A program made the position numbers and the translations under genes. DNA of 62,449 bases, counting the filler, from Choristocarpus tenellus KU-1152 (Eukaryota > Protista > Phaeophyceae): assembly GCA_964200185.2 (NCBI GenBank). It is 12 parts of 12 records of this genome, joined end to end, with 100 filler letters (N's around TTAATTAATTAA, not from the genome) between each part and the next. Parts side by side here need not be neighbours in the genome. Positions count along the whole stretch, not along the records: positions 59,450 to 62,449 come from CAXNAD020023029.1; 11 more parts are not named here. The stretch is one strand, 5' to 3'. Shown here piece after piece: positions 61,115-62,449 of this stretch (the stretch's first letter is position 1; every line of letters starts with the position of its first letter). The notes beneath the pieces were generated by a model. It was given only the letters and a program-made list of their open reading frames with translations. It made no database searches and was not told where the DNA came from.

Positions 61115-62449
61115 TCCCTGGCGCTCCTACTTTTTAATGGATGGCGTATCTATGGTGTTCTGCTATAGCATAGTGTAGAGCCACTGTCAATACCGTGGTG
61201 GCTGAAATATTGTGGGTTTGGCCTACCTTTTCCACCTCTTTATAGATCGCAGTCCTTTTCGTGGGTCAACCAGTCAGCCCTTTTTAGGGTGGGCAGAGTT
61301 TCAGTGATTTTTCTGTTGTTGAATTTGATTGTCACTATAGCGGCAGAATTTTCTTTGCTTATGCAGTTGTTATCTGATGATAGACCATTGATAATGGTGA
61401 GGCAGGAGTCAGTTTGTTGTGGAGGAGGTCTTGATGTCCTCTCATCGTGGGAGGAAGACTTGTGGGAGATCTTGTTAGTGGTTGTGGGGGGGCAGGGGGA
61501 ACCTTTGAGAACTTTTGTGTTGTCAGTGGGTGAGGCGTTGTGACTGTTGTTTTTCATTGTCTTTGTCATGGCTTGCTTAGATAGCTACAATCAATTGTTG
61601 CACTTTGGAGTGTTTGCTTGCTGCCTGCTGAACAGGATGGAGGTCGTTGATTCTGGGGGCTGATTTCTGCAAAGTTAATAACTAGTATCAAGTACATCTT
61701 TTGTGTTACATAGATATAGAGATGTATCTCAAGTCATGGTGTGGTAGTTACTAGGAAAAATACGGTGCAGTGGCCAGCCCATGGACAGTGAGGGGCTAGT
61801 GCAATGGAGTATTACTCCTGATAAAAAATTCAGTAATCAAAGCCCCTACAGTTGTGCTCTGCTCCTGATGTGAAGCGAAAGCATAATTTTTGTGAAGGAG
61901 TAATTCACTTAGCCTTTATGTGGGGTGCAAGTTCAGCACCGAATAGGCAGAGGCACTGGACTGTGACCTGTGATATCATGCAAGTAAAAATAGCTCTCAA
62001 GTAAAAAAATCGAAGGGGAGGGTCTGTGTGGTCATTTCTGCTCTTCTCCTCGTTGTAGTGTTCATTGACATGAAGTTGGCATCATGATGTTCAGAAAAAT
62101 GGTACAACTACTGTGTCTATTATGAAGCAAGAGGGTTAGGTTAGATAGTTAAACTCAGAGGTTCTTGTTGCTCCCTGCGCTTACAAACCTTATCTTCAGC
62201 TCTTTTTTCAAGTGGAAGGAGAAGGTGACAGGTATGAAAACGATATGGTACTAATAATGATGATAACGAAATGGTACGTTAAGATGGCGCCTTTTGGCTA
62301 GTAATATTACTAATGATAACTACGAAGCATTTAATAGGGGCATGTAGAAGGGAGGTGATCAAATGGAATATTTTTTCATTTAACAGGGATTTCTCAAAAT
62401 TGAGGATGGTGCAGGACTATGAGGATGGTTGTTTTGCGAAAACGGTCTT

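Overview
Eukaryotic, intron-rich nuclear DNA. It is most consistent with a stramenopile/brown alga (inference from TTAGGG-type repeats, DapL, bactofilin and stramenopile-type TEs). The window is not one locus: it is 12 short contigs joined by 11 artificial 100-bp spacers (N44-TTAATTAATTAA-N44), so gene neighbourhoods across spacers are meaningless. Spliced host genes reconstructed by hand: argininosuccinate synthase (3' five exons), a PP2C phosphatase (3' exons), a bactofilin-domain gene (5' exons), a complete RNF170-like RING/DUF1232 E3 ligase, an LRR protein (partial) and LL-diaminopimelate aminotransferase (3' exons). There is also a degenerate tRNA-Arg(TCT). The rest is transposon-dense: a DIRS/Ngaro-type gag-RT-RNaseH element, two decayed DD39D mariners, RTE-LINE, copia, gypsy, Harbinger and Tc1 relics, a solo LTR and four MITE families. 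Most notable: (i) a 220-bp intronless Rickettsia-like SPFH gene fragment flanked by a 6-bp direct repeat; (ii) a decayed spliced Sola2-like transposase fused to two Tudor-like domains, together with GAG/GGC-terminated MITE families that may be its partners; (iii) a bactofilin gene with micro-exons; (iv) telomeric CCCTAA repeats at branch-point positions; (v) strong CpG decay. All family assignments come from recalled motifs, not database searches.
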